In this document: in pieces, positions 1 to 12,594 of the stretch
Position numbering within the stretch: the stretch's first letter is position 1
How the letters are laid out: every line of letters begins with the position of its first letter
From: Antedon mediterranea
Taxonomy: Eukaryota > Animalia > Echinodermata
DNA length: 64,000 bases
Direction of reading: 5' to 3'
Assembly (NCBI RefSeq): GCF_964355755.1
Contig: NC_092670.1
Span: 29,872,388 to 29,936,387, forward strand
Position numbers and translations under genes: made by a program
Notes under the pieces: model-generated
Told to the model about the DNA's origin: nothing
Databases searched by the model: none
The model's input: only the letters and a program-made list of their open reading frames with translations

Positions 1-290
1 AAAAATACCATTTGCCCCGGTCCATGCCGTCTAGCTGCCATTATATGCAATTTTAAAACGTTCTACAATTTTACGTTCTTATAAAAAATGCAATATAACC
101 TCATGATTTATAAGTCTATAATTACGTTATAAACGGCATGGACCGGGGTGACGATACATTGGTTGGGGCAAGTAGTAGTAGTCATTGCATAAAAATACCA
201 CTTGCCCCGGTCCATGCCGCCTAGCTGCCATTTTATGCAATTTTAAAACGTTATTACAATTTTACGTAATTATAGCCCTATAAATCATGC
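1..290. repeat. ~190-bp tandem repeat with internal inverted repeat (truncated by window start)
   Basis: aaaaataccaYttgccccggtccatgccgYctagctgcca occurs at 1 and 191; ccccggtccatgccgt (~15-30) is the reverse complement of acggcatggaccgggg (~133-148). Confidence 0.8.
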
Positions 291-997
291 GGTTATATTG
301 AGTTAAATTGTTTTGTATGGAGCATGAATATAATTAAAGCATTGTTATAGTCTTAAATAATCTGACAGTGACACCCATAGTATTAAGAGGTAAATTTGGT
401 AGTGATATAATGTCGACAATACATCTACACTGTATAGAAATACCAGAATTGTTGAAGTAAGCCAACTTTGAAATGAGCTAGAAAGCAAACAAAAAATAAT
501 ATATCTCCAATTTTTTTATATTATGTAAATATCATGTAAGAGATAATTTTCACAAAATTTCATCTAAAAAAAATTTGTCCCACAAGGTCAAATCCTAGGT
601 CAAATGGAATAGAATAAGTTATACATCTTTTAAATAGTTCTATCTCAAAAGTAAATAGAAGATTTGGATAGCTTTAACAATTAGCTTTCCAAAGATACCT
701 GTCACAACAAAATCGGTCCAGATGTTACGGAGATACGGTCATTTAAGTATAGCCCGCCGCGTTGATTTTGCGCAAAATCGCGAAGAAACAACGGCGCGTC
801 GTATGGCGCTCAAATTAAAAATTTCAGGTTTTTTGGCTAAAAGTAACCCAAAAACCAAATTTGAGCAAATTTGAAGAAAGTAGGGTTTAACCCATTGGGT
901 GATTTGACATGGAATGACCCAATAGTAAAACACTTAAGATAACTATATTAATAATTGTATGAAATAATAATATTGAATTACATACAGTAGGCTGTAA

Positions 998-1815
998 TAG
1001 ACACGTTTCGCGCTCGCGAGGTCACCGTTAGTTTGACCTTTTAGTGGGTATACAATGGTAAACAAACACAGCGAGAGGTATGTTAAAGCATGGTAGAACT
1101 GAGAGATGATCATCTTAAAAAGCAATCGTCAAAACTAGCCTTTTGATGGAATAGCATGGTAAGGATGTTATTTATTTTCTAAACTTATGTTTTATATTCA
1201 CTGTAGAATTATTTGGGCATTTGGTTCGGAATCATCGACTTTATTTATAATAATGTATTGTCATTTTTGGTTTGACACACAGGCCTATATATTATTACGG
1301 TGCATTTAATACATGTTAACTGTTGATTTTATTTACAAATGTTGCGTAAATATATTAATTATTATCTTTCATTCTTCTTCCTGCTCCTATTGCATCTTCC
1401 ATGTATTATGTGATGTTCTTCGGCGCTTAAACAGACACCCAAGCCTCCTAGGCCTAGCTAGTAGACGAAGTACCGCATCAGGCAACGCCACCGGGCGGGC
1501 GGAGAGACACGAGCACATCATGGACGTACCTTTCCTTGAAAAATTTCCAAAATTTTGCGCCACTATCCTTCGGAGCCGAAGCAAACCACTCAGCAAGTGT
1601 TTGAAAATTAAAAACAGGAATATTATTCAGTGATTTTGTGTAGTTAAATTCACGATTTATCCAACATATACAACATTTATGATGCACCTTGCAACAAAAG
1701 CACTCGGCAGTCGCCATTTCGCTATGCTTCAACACGCACTAGGCGAAAGGTGTTCGGTTTGTTTACAAATCTATACCCACTATTTCTGATTGGTCGCGAG
1801 CGAGAAACGTGTCTA
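998..1815. mobile_element. non-autonomous TIR element (MITE) with TAG...CTA termini, possibly Academ-like
   Basis: TAGACACGTTTCGCGCTCGCGA ... TCGCGAGCGAGAAACGTGTCTA; imperfect inverted match extends ~70 bp (tagtgggtatac..gtaaacaaac vs gtttgtttac..tatacccacta); TSD unclear. Confidence 0.7.
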
Positions 1816-2480
1816 TTAAATGAACATTGTACAGTAGCATTTATTTATAAGCACCATTTATTCTATATATTCTAAACATAGTTTGTTTATGAAAAAGTTT
1901 CGACACTGGAACTAACTACAACACCACTACGCCAACCAAATGAAAGCACTCAGAAACTGAAAAAGTGTAGAACGTGACAAAATATATCAGAGAAAACTAT
2001 ATCCGGGGAGAGGGCTTACTACTTGATAATTCGGCACATTTTAAAAGAATACAGAGGGTGTGCTCTATAAAATATTTCAGGACATTGAAGATACAAATTT
2101 CAATAATAAGCTATTATTATACCACCATTATATTCATGAAAAGCAAGTACTATACTTATGCATCAGTGTTTATAAAAATGTGCATGCATGCCTGCTAAGC
2201 AATTTTTGAATGATTGATAGCCTTGATTTAATTAAAACTCTTCCCCCTTTCAATATAAATCAATCAATGTCGGAATTAAGGAGCATGTAAGGCACTTTTT
2301 GGGGAAACATAACAATAAAGTGAGTATACAGACAGTAGACATCATCTGGTTTTATGCATTTTAATGTCAACATTGTCAAAATTAAGGTTAAAATTAAAAG
2401 GTAAACATAATTTCAATAAGGTTTATTGCAAATAGCTTCTACAATGCATGATGGGAAGGGTTTGGGAGCAAACGTCACGA

Positions 2481-3560
2481 GGGTGTCACGAAACCTAAGA
2501 CCACGAGAAAGCTAAGACCCCCTAAGACCTAAGATCACGAAAGATAAGACCCAAGACCTAAGATTACAAATATTTATCCTTTGCACCTGCCTTGTATTTT
2601 AACTCCCAACATTTATTCTGAATACCACACCTTAGAATTGGCACTTTCATGAAAAAGAATCACATAAAAAGTAACAAATACATTTTTAAATTGATGATTT
2701 TACAGACGTTTTTCTCGCACACAAAATGACTAGCCTACAGTACAGTAGGCCTACCCCATGTTCAATGTTTTTGTTTCTATGGAACGTCAAAAGAGCAAAA
2801 ATTATATAGAGGGCTGAAAACTCTGTGGAGTCCATCTACAGTGTGGATGGAACAATGTAAAATTAAAATTGTAATGATAATAGTATAATCATGCAAGTAC
2901 GAGGAAATAAATACTGGCAAATAAATTTTAATTAAAAAATCATGATAAGTTTTTTTGTTTCGTTTTCTTTCTGTTTTTATACTTGTACTATTATTGTTGC
3001 TCTTTTGGCGCTCCATAGAAACAAAAACATTGAGCATGGGGAGCTCGAGGAGTTACATTACAGTATACAAAGAAACACATCTGTAAAATCATAAATTTAA
3101 AGGATTAATTTATTTGTTATTATGTGTTTCTCCTTCTGAAAGTACTTATAAGTCCTAATTTTAAAGTGTGGTGTTCAGTATAAAGTTAGTCAACAAATTT
3201 GGAGTCAAAATACAAGAAAGGCAGGTGCGTAAGAAAAACATCCTCTGAACCAACACAATGGAGTAAATATATACAAACAAACACCCCGTCAAGTTTGTTT
3301 GTTGTAAAGAAAAAATATACATTTACTCAACGGGCGAAAATAATGTGAGTTTATCTATGTTTTGCGATGGTATTAAATTATATTTATGGTAATAAATGAA
3401 ACCTACTGTGTTTACAATTATGTATGGATAAACAAGTATTGTTTTTAAGCTGTAGTATATCTTAGAAATTGTAATCTTAGGTCTTGGGTCTTAGCTTTCG
3501 TGATCTTAGTTTAGGTCTTAGGGGGTCTTAGCTTTCGTGGTCTTAGGTTTCGTGACACCC
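2481..3560. mobile_element. MULE-like non-autonomous DNA transposon
   Basis: TIR GGGTGTCACGAAACCTAAGACCACG (~90 bp with repeated CTAAGAC motifs); perfect 10-bp TSD aacgtcacga at 2471-2480 and 3561-3570. Confidence 0.85.
2575..3238. mobile_element. foldback (palindromic) MITE nested in the MULE-like element
   Basis: arms are inverted copies (gcacctgcc/ggcaggtgc; tttttgtttctatggaacgtcaaaagagcaa vs ttgctcttttggcgctccatagaaacaaaaa); homologous copy at 47911-51186. Confidence 0.7.
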
Positions 3561-4529
3561 AACGTCACGACGCGTACGTACAAACAACAAATCGCCTAGG
3601 GCTACTAGGCCTAGCTAGATGCTTATTTAAACTCTCTTTCGTTTTTTAAAAATTGACCCGAATGCGAATGTGCACAAAAAAGATAACCGCCTATCTAATC
3701 GTGTCAGCCTACCTATCTACTAAAATAGCACTGCCACTGGTAGTGTAGTAGTAGCCCTCAACCTCTCTACTCTACTAGGCCTAGATAGGCCTAGTTAGCA
3801 GCTAGGCCCTTCACTAGGTTGGCCTAAGCTAAGGCTACTACTAGAGGCCTACTAGGCTAGCTAGGCCTCCTTTACTAAATATTACTAGCTAGCCTAGGCC
3901 CAGCCTGCTAGGTAGTAGGCCTAGGTCTTGAGCTTTAATCTCGTCAACAGAATGTAGGCCTAGGCTCATATGATCGCCGAAAAAGTTAATTTACTTACAA
4001 AATCAATCCCAAATCAACAAGCTCACGAGTTTTTGTTTAATAATTAATAATTAAGAAAGTCGAGTCCGATAGAGGCCGCTGTTTATTTATTATTATCAGA
4101 GAGCCATATGGCTCTGATTCACGTACGTTCCCGAATGAAATTGGTTCTGCGCATGTGCGACCACGCACCGTTTAAAAGCCACACGCGCAGTTGTTTATTT
4201 TCGCGTAACGGTCGATTACATTTTGATCAACAAATGACCTGGCATTTTACATAACCTTTCTATAAAGTTATGACCTTCAAACAAGTTATTTTATTTTCCT
4301 TTAAACCTTATTATTCAAAATATCTAAAAATACAATAAAAATAAAAAACACAGTATAGCTATTATTTATGTTAAATTTCACTCAAATTTCACTCAAATTT
4401 TACGCTAAAAATCATGTAATTTTCAAACATCTATAAAAAAAATTCAAAAGTTTTTTGAGAGGTCAGATATTCTCATACATATTCATGAGAGATTGACCTT
4501 GTTATGTATTTTGAAAGCATTATGGAGGT

Positions 4530-5369
4530 TTGAGAAGGGTTTGAGAATTTGTGGTAGAAATATTACAAACATCAGATATGCAGATGACACAGTTCTACTG
4601 GCAGAGTCAGCTGAAGATCTCCAAAGGTTGCTGGATGTGGTTGTAGTAGAGAGCGAAAAGATGGGTCTGTCTATAAATTGTAGTAAGACAGAGTGTTTAG
4701 TAGTGTCAAAAAAGGAGAGTCCAACGTGTAACCTTCAAGCAGGAGACCAGTTAATTCAGCAGGTGTCCTCTTTTAACTATCTTGGGAGCAAAATAACAGA
4801 TGATGCCAGGTGTGTAACGGAGATAAAGAGAAGGATAGTCCTTGCGAAATCCGCATTTGGAGAAATGGAGAATATCTTGAAGAACTGTGCGATGAGTATG
4901 GAAACCAGGTTGCGTGTATTAAACTGCTACATCTATCCTGTGCTGATGTATGGAAGTGAAGCCTGGTCAATCACAACTGACCTCAGAAAAAGATTGGAAA
5001 GCTGTGAGATGTGGTTTCTAAGGAGAATGATGAGAATTCCATGGACAGATAGAGTTAGTAATGAAGATGTATTGATAAGAGCTGGAGTATGCAGGAAACT
5101 ACTGAAGGGTATTAGGATTAGACAGATGAGATTCATGGGACATGTGTTGAGGAAGGGAGGTCTGGAGAACTTGGCATTAACGGGGAAAATAGAAGGAAGA
5201 AGGAGCAGGGGGAGGAAAAGAGTCACTTGGTTGGCCAGCATAGCTGAATGGATTCGGAATAGAGGCGAGAATACCAAAGAAGTGGAGTTGCTGAATATGG
5301 CAATAGACAGAGAATTGTGGCACAACATGATCGCCAAAGTCTCATGATATGGCACTTCGAGAGAGAGAG
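4530..5369 (+). mobile_element. 5'-truncated RTE-clade non-LTR retrotransposon (RT C-terminal half)
   Basis: uninterrupted ORF to 5347 with NIRYADD, FNYLGS, LMYGSEAW, G.R.RGR..W motifs; (GA)n tail; TSD atggaggt at 4522-4529 and 5370-5377. Confidence 0.9.
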
Positions 5370-7475
5370 ATGGAGGTAATTGATGGGGCGACGAGATAAA
5401 GGTGGAGAAAGTGATAAAAAATCACTATTTTCCCCCTAAAATACTGTTGTTTTGAATATGCTAGTGATCAACCAAACACACTAAAGTTGGTTAAATGCTA
5501 TTTAAGGTAATGTGAATTACATTATCTTATTTTAAATTAGTTTATATCGAGTTGAGGCTAGCTACCACGTGTAATATTTTGGAAAAACATGTACGTAGGC
5601 CTAGTCTAGGCTAGGCCTCTCTTTGTCTGATTAACACTTTTCGTTATTGAATATACTTGGATTCTTCACTAGCTTTAGAAATTTTAAAGAACTAATGTTT
5701 CGCAATAATGTTAACGTTAATATTAGTATTTTTATATTGTTATAATTAATTATACAATAATACGATTTTAGCTCCTTAAAATCATTACAGTGACCTACCC
5801 GTCTTTGATAATAGTATAATCTGTATTTTGTTATACAACATTAGGTTTGGGTTATTCCATTATAGTTAGAGGTAACACATATTTTATTCTATTCTTTTTG
5901 TTTGCATACAATTAAAATACAATGGAAAATGTATAACCAATGAGTAACAAACAACAATTCTTTTATTGTTTAAGGAAATTTCTAGAGTTTACAGAAATGC
6001 AATAAGTACTATTGGATGAAGTACTTTTCCTGGTGAATATGATAAAAAAAATGACCGGCCTGGATATGATCGTCAACTAGTTTTTATGCTGCCAGATACT
6101 CCTCATACATACATCAAATTGATGATCAGATGGTTACTTTGGAATGGATTTGGAATCTGAGACAACTTTGACTTGTTGATAGAAAATTATGCTCATTTAC
6201 TGTCTTTTTAATCACAATTATGTTCTACATAGTGTGAATCACATCGGGAATCACATACAGTACTTGTGTTTTGCTAGTATATTTATCCATTCTGAAATAA
6301 TAACTACTAGGCCTAATAAATATAAAGTTAAAATAATGACTTTTGAACATACTACTGTACTGTAATTTAATTTTACCAAAATGTTTTTATAATAAAAAAA
6401 AATGTGATTATAAATAATAAATATAAGGCCTGTTGTGTCAATTTATTATAATCATGAAATACCTAGGCCTCGTATTGTACTACAGTATTCATATATTTAA
6501 AATAAATGCAAAAATGAAAATAATAGAAAGTAACAATATATACAATGCCCGTCTGGCATAATTTCATAAAGTCATACAGCTTTATGTCTTTAAATTACAA
6601 ATAAAAGTATGTAAAGCCTACAAAATTAGGTATATTCAAGCCTCTATAAATAGCCTTAAGACGCGCCACGCGCGACGCGCCTATGCTTTAACATAGGCAC
6701 GTCTATTCTGATGTGTCAAAATAGCCGAAATTCAGTTAAATGATGCTCTAATATAGTAATTACCTCCTAATAATTTTAATTGGAATTAAATTAAATGATA
6801 TCTAAATAAAATGATATGACACACTGCATATCTCGGAAAACTTCAGATTAATTACAATTTAACATTTTAAACGACTCGTTTTACTTCCGAAATTCTCGTA
6901 GCGTTGTTGTGTTATTGTTGTCATTTGCATTGCTATGTTTGAAGTTTGATAGTATTTTAAATATTGTATCAATATTTTTAAAATCTTCACATTTCTAAAG
7001 AATATAATTTCAAAAATGAAAAAAGCTAAATGCTTAATATCATAGAGCAGTTTGTGTACATATTTTAGGTCTTTTAAATGTATGAATGATCGTCAAGTTA
7101 CCGCGCGTCGTCCAAAAAGTTTCGTGCGAAAATTTTCTAATTACACGCTTGGTTGCTTCGACGCCCTCTATAGTTTTACCTTCTCAGCAATTACCTATAA
7201 TTTGCATTGCGGCAAACATACGTGGATTATCAGAATAATAACTTGTATTGTATGTATATATGAATACTCGAAGATGTATAAGACCCATCTATTTTTACCA
7301 AACAGTAATTTAACAAAAATTATTAGACAACACTCAAATAAATTGTTTAAAATCAACTAGTAGTAGCCCTAATACCAATGTTCCTCAAAAAAGAATTATT
7401 ATAATTTCAAGAATTAGGCCTAATCAAAGAATCGTTCGATTTATACTTAACACGGCCAACAGCCATGTTGCACAA

Positions 7476-8566
7476 AGTGAAACAAATTGCAAACAGAGAT
7501 TTTTCTTTTTTAAATGGTCATATAATGACGAGGAGATTAAAATTTGAGCATCACACCTCTGTAACTCATCCCGATGATATGCAAATTAGCTTAAATATGC
7601 AAATTAGGGTGACATTACAGGGTTACCATATCTCAAAAACTCACTAGTCCGAGAGAGTTGATTTTTTCACTGATTTATTCAAAATGTATATATTTATATT
7701 TACTCTAATGAAATATTTTACGAAAAAATGATCGGAAGTACAACATTTGACCTTCGACCCTATTCCTCAATGTTTGCATACACAATGTGACTAAAATGTC
7801 TGTAGAGACTTTATTTTGCCCTCAAATGGCCCAGACATAGGTTCCTAATAGCCAGCATAGGACCATTTTGTAATTCCCAAAATCACACCTTTGTCACACA
7901 CCTCGAAAGTATGCAAATTAGTAGTATAATTTAAATAAAATATGCAAATAAGGGGTGAAATTAGAGTTGTCCTATATCTCGAAAACCACTAATGCTAGAG
8001 AGTTGATTTTTCACAGCTGTATTCAAAATGTACATATTTCTTTGCTTCAATGAAACATTTTACCAAAAATTGACCGGAAGTATGACATTTGAACCTCGAC
8101 CAAATTTCTCAATATTGCATATACATTACAATGAAACTAAAATGTCTGTAGAGACTTTGTTTTGCCCTCAAATGACTCGGATACAGGTTTCTAAGAGCCA
8201 ACATAGGACTGATTAGTAAATCTCAAAATCACACCTGTATCACGCATCTTCAAAGTATGCAAATTATTAGTACAAGTTACATGATATATGCAAATTAGGG
8301 GGTGAAATTACAGGTGCCTATATATCGAAAACCGAGTTTTTCAAAACCTTGTTCAGAATGTACATATTTATATTTGCTCTAATAAAACATTATACGAAAA
8401 AATGACCGGAAATACAACAATTGACCCTCGGCCCCATTTATCAATGTTTGCATACATAATGCGACTAAAATGTCTGTAGAGACTTTGTTTTGGACTCAAA
8501 TTTTGATCTCCTCATCATATGTGACCATTTAAAAAAGAAAAATCTCTGTTTGCAATTTGTTTCACT
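7476..8566. mobile_element. MITE with ~75-bp TIRs enclosing ~2.8 copies of a ~340-bp tandem repeat
   Basis: AGTGAAACAAATTGCAAACAGAGATTTTTCTTTTTTAAATGGTCA at both ends, inverted; caa on both flanks; aaaatgtctgtagagacttt at ~7793, ~8139, ~8467. Confidence 0.75.
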
Positions 8567-8699
8567 CAAAATGATAGATTGACTAGCCTATAGTCGTTGA
8601 AGACGATTAATTTGAAAATTCGGAAGGGCATAGAACAGAGAATTGCAATAATCAAGACGAGAAGAGAAAAAAACCATGAATGAATGAGGATGTGTAGCG

Positions 8700-9070
8700 T
8701 ATAGAAAGAAAGCGTCGCATTGAACTTGAACGCAAAACAAATTACCGAGTGAATGATCAAACAATCAATCGGCGATCGATTCCACACAGAGCATGCGCAC
8801 CTAACATAAGGCAACAAATGTTATTGTCCTAAATAGTGTGTGAGGAGGAGGAAAAAAGTACGATCGTTTTGCTCATTGGTAGCGTGCTGCATGAGGGAGT
8901 CTTTTCCGGCCAATGAGAGGTGCCTTTTATCATGAATGTTATGTGCGAGAGTAGGCCTACTATTTCCGGCCATCTTGGGGTGTCATTTAACAAAATTCGC
9001 TTCGCCCCAGGCAGTGACCCAAATACTTAGTGTCCGAACCCCACCTTGACAGATCCTGGCTACGGCCCTG
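8700..9070 (-). mobile_element. terminal part of hAT-like MITE family
   Basis: reverse complement of 23225-23555; terminus CAGGGCCGTAGCCAGGA; shares core with 45200-45350 and 46220-46310. Confidence 0.6.
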
Positions 9071-9539
9071 CTGTTGCACAATGGTTCAAGTAACTTCTGA
9101 TCTTGGTGATGTTATGTAAATGGAAAATAGCAAACCGGCAGATTGTCTTGATATGTGATTACATGGTCGAAGTTACGAACTTCTGTTGATGGATAGATTG
9201 ACTAGCACAGAATTTCCTGACTGACTTTTTGCCGCTTTCCTATGAACAGCTTAAGAGATTATCCCTTTTCTTTTTCTCTATTAAAAAAGTATAGTAACAC
9301 GTATGTTATTAAGCACCGTATAGCCTATATAATGTAGATGAAATGTTAATGCCGCTTTCACTATCCATAACTAAGCTCTTTTGAGCTCCGGGTTATTTGT
9401 TGTAGGCTACTTTTCGGTAAAACGTAAAAATTCATGGGCGTATGGTTCGGGCATGTGAATCTTATGGAGTAGAAGTTTTATGGCGATAGTAGTACAAGAG
9501 AAACACGTATTTTTCCAGAAATGTCAAATATTATATTCT

Positions 9540-12341
9540 TTTTTGTCTTACGTGGGTTCATCCCACTTTTAATTCCATAAATACATACTGTATATACATT
9601 AATACATTAACATGTATATTCCGTCTATTAACATTTGTTTTAATCATGCATATTTGCTTTCTTTTTGAGTTCATCTTTTTCATTATTATCTCTTAACTTA
9701 TGTTCGCCTTGTTGTGTTTCCCTATAGTTATTATACAATCCCTTTTGTTCTCATTTAATTTACATAGCCTTGATATCCTTTGATAACTTTGATATACTCA
9801 ATACTTACATAACACATAAATAATATTGTATCTTGTAGCTACTGATTGATATCACAACTTTGACTATTAATACATACTCTTAAACATATATAAATAAATA
9901 TATATACACACTCGTATATACATTATGCCTACCTCTTTTATGTCATTCTCCTAGCACACCTTATTTTCAATCATTTCATAACTTTACATTTGATTGTCAT
10001 CTATTTAGACAATATTCTAGACGATTATGATCTAATTTTCCCCATTTCTTTCTAGCCGCAAGATTATCAATTGCGTATTCAATTTTTCTTAACATTTTAA
10101 TTTCTTTAGTGAATAACAACCATGCATTTACAATTTTATTTTCTGTTCGAAAAAGAACACTTGCCTTGTAAATACAAAAAGTAAAAATTGATAACAACTC
10201 ATTAACAATATTATTGGCTAAGCCAAGAATAATATATTCAAAACAAGAATAATCAACAAACGCCTGATTTTCTTTGTTACAAGAGTTTAGCATGTTGTTA
10301 AAATTATACCAAAAGGGCGCATTTTTTTCACATTTGATTAGCATGTGCCTTTCGTCTTCTATTTCTATGTTACACCTGTCACACATATCTGAATCATATT
10401 TCTTCCATAACTTAAGTTTCTTTTTACAGCATAAAATTCTATGCAACAATTTAAAATTAAATTGTGCAATTTTACTTATGTGTTTCATACAGTATACTTT
10501 TCTATGCCATATTGTATTCCAATCTAAAGAATCTAAATTAAGATCTCTTTCCCATTTCGTTTGAACATTTGGTTCACTGGATTTATTCACCAAAAATCCC
10601 TTGTAAAATGTTTTAACTGTAGCGTTTTTGTCATATAAATCATATTTTTTCACTTCTACTACCTGAATATTATCTTTAACATTAAAAAGTTTGTTTTTCC
10701 AATGTCTGGGAATTGCCTGTTTCAAACAAAAATATTCAACAATCCAGTTTTTTGATTTCTTAAGTTTATCAACAATTTCTTGTGACGACTTAAAAGAGTT
10801 ATCATTAACAATATCACTAATTTGTGTTATTCCAGAATCAATCCCATTTTGGTTATATAAAGATTTATTGTTTAGTACAATATATTTGTTGCCCCACAAA
10901 ATCTGTTTATTAATTTCATCTATACCTTGTGGTTCAGTGTAAAAATAATTAGTATACTGTGTACAAATTGATAAAATTTCTTTATAGAAAGTTGGAATGT
11001 CAGATAAAAACTTGTTTTTGTTTTTATCTATTTGCGACATCTCCGATAAGTATTTAACAGGATGTAAAAAATATAGCGGAATACACTTCCACTTTCCTGG
11101 ATCTGGGCTAAGTAACCGTTTTATCCAGTTTAATTTTAATGATTTTACAACTAAATTAAAATCAGTTAGTTTTATACCTCCGTGTTTAATTTCTTGAAAC
11201 ATAATATCTCTTTTTATTTTTTCTCCTTTTCCATTCCAAATGAACTTAAAAATAATACTGTTAACCTCATTTACAATATTTGTGGGTACCTCTATTATAC
11301 TAGCATTAGGCCTATATACTAGTTTGGAGAGTGCTAGTGTTTTTATCACCATTACTTTACCAAAAATACTTAAATATTTTTTCCCCCAGGTTTTTAATAC
11401 ATTTTTAAAATTTTCAATCTTTTCAACCCAGTTTTTTTTTGTGGCATTTTGTTTTATCATAACCAACAAAAAAACCTAAGAATTTGACAGGCTCATCCAC
11501 CCATTGTATTGAAAAGGGTTTATGAACGTTGCTTTTTGAAGAACCTATCCACATACCTTTTGTTTTCATTTTGTTAAGTGACATTCCTGCAACCTTACAA
11601 AACAAGTCTACTGTATTTATACAAGCTTCAATACTCATTTCATCCCTAACAAAAATTATAGTATCGTCTACTAACTGAGCAATTTTGACTTCTTGTTCAT
11701 AATTATACCCTTTTGAAGGCAGTATAATACCTTTACAATGAATATTGCTTCTTATATTGCTAGCCATTGGCTCTACAGCTATTAAAAAAGTAATGCCGAA
11801 AGAGGGCATCCTTGTCTAATACCATTATTCATCTTAAAACTTTCCGATACCCATCCATTGTTTGTAGTAACTGACTCAGTATTGAAATAAAATGTCTTGA
11901 CCCATTGTATTAGGTCCTGACCAAAACCAAATCTTTTCAATTAGCAAAATCTAGAAATATTATAGCACCTTCTTTATTAAAATTATTGGTGTATTCTAAT
12001 ACATCTTCAACACGCCTTATATTTTCACCAGCAAACCTTCCTTTAATATAACATTTTTGATCAGTATCTATTATGTCACCAATTACTAATTTTAGTCTAT
12101 TTGCAATAACATTTGCCATAATCTTGTAATCTATATTAAGAAGAGTTATTGGTCTCCAATTTTTTAAGTCTTCCCTTTTACCATTTTTGTACAGTAAGGA
12201 GACTACTCCTCTCCTTTGAGAATTTGACAATTTTCCATTATTAAAAGAAAAATTAAAAGCATCACAAACCAAAGAGTCAAAAGAATTCCAACATTTTTGG
12301 TAAAATTCTACTGACAAGCCATCACTGCCTGGGGCCTTATT
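9540..12341 (-). mobile_element. 5'-truncated L1/Tx1-clade LINE (ORF2 RT + C-terminal Cys/His domain), frameshifted
   Basis: ORFs 11937-12317, 11423-11809, 9997-11469: KAPGSDG, NWRPITLLNIDYK, degenerate LVDD, C-x2-C..H..C; short A tail; 14-bp TSD aaatattatattct at 9526-9539 and 12342-12355. Confidence 0.9.
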
Positions 12342-12594
12342 AAATATTATATTCTACAAAACTTACTAAACACTTATTTTTCAGAAGGTAAGAAAGTACC
12401 ATATTGCCAATTTTGAATTGACAATTTTGCATCTCAGTAGAGTAGTATACATTCATTCATTCATTCATTCAGGCTTATCGCCTGACTTTATTTACTTTAG
12501 GCCTCTGGCCCCTAGTAATTAACAAAATAATAATTACATTGAAAAATAAAGCAATTTATGGTCACAAGATAAATGAACTAATTAAGTTCGTTCT

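Noticed and set aside
520-920. probable DNA transposon end (..gatttgacatggaatgaccc)
   Set aside because: No partner TIR in the window, so boundaries and family cannot be supported.
2277-5779. TTAA-GGAGC ... GCTCC-TTAA as a large Kolobok-like element
   Set aside because: Only 5 bp of inverted match; insufficient.
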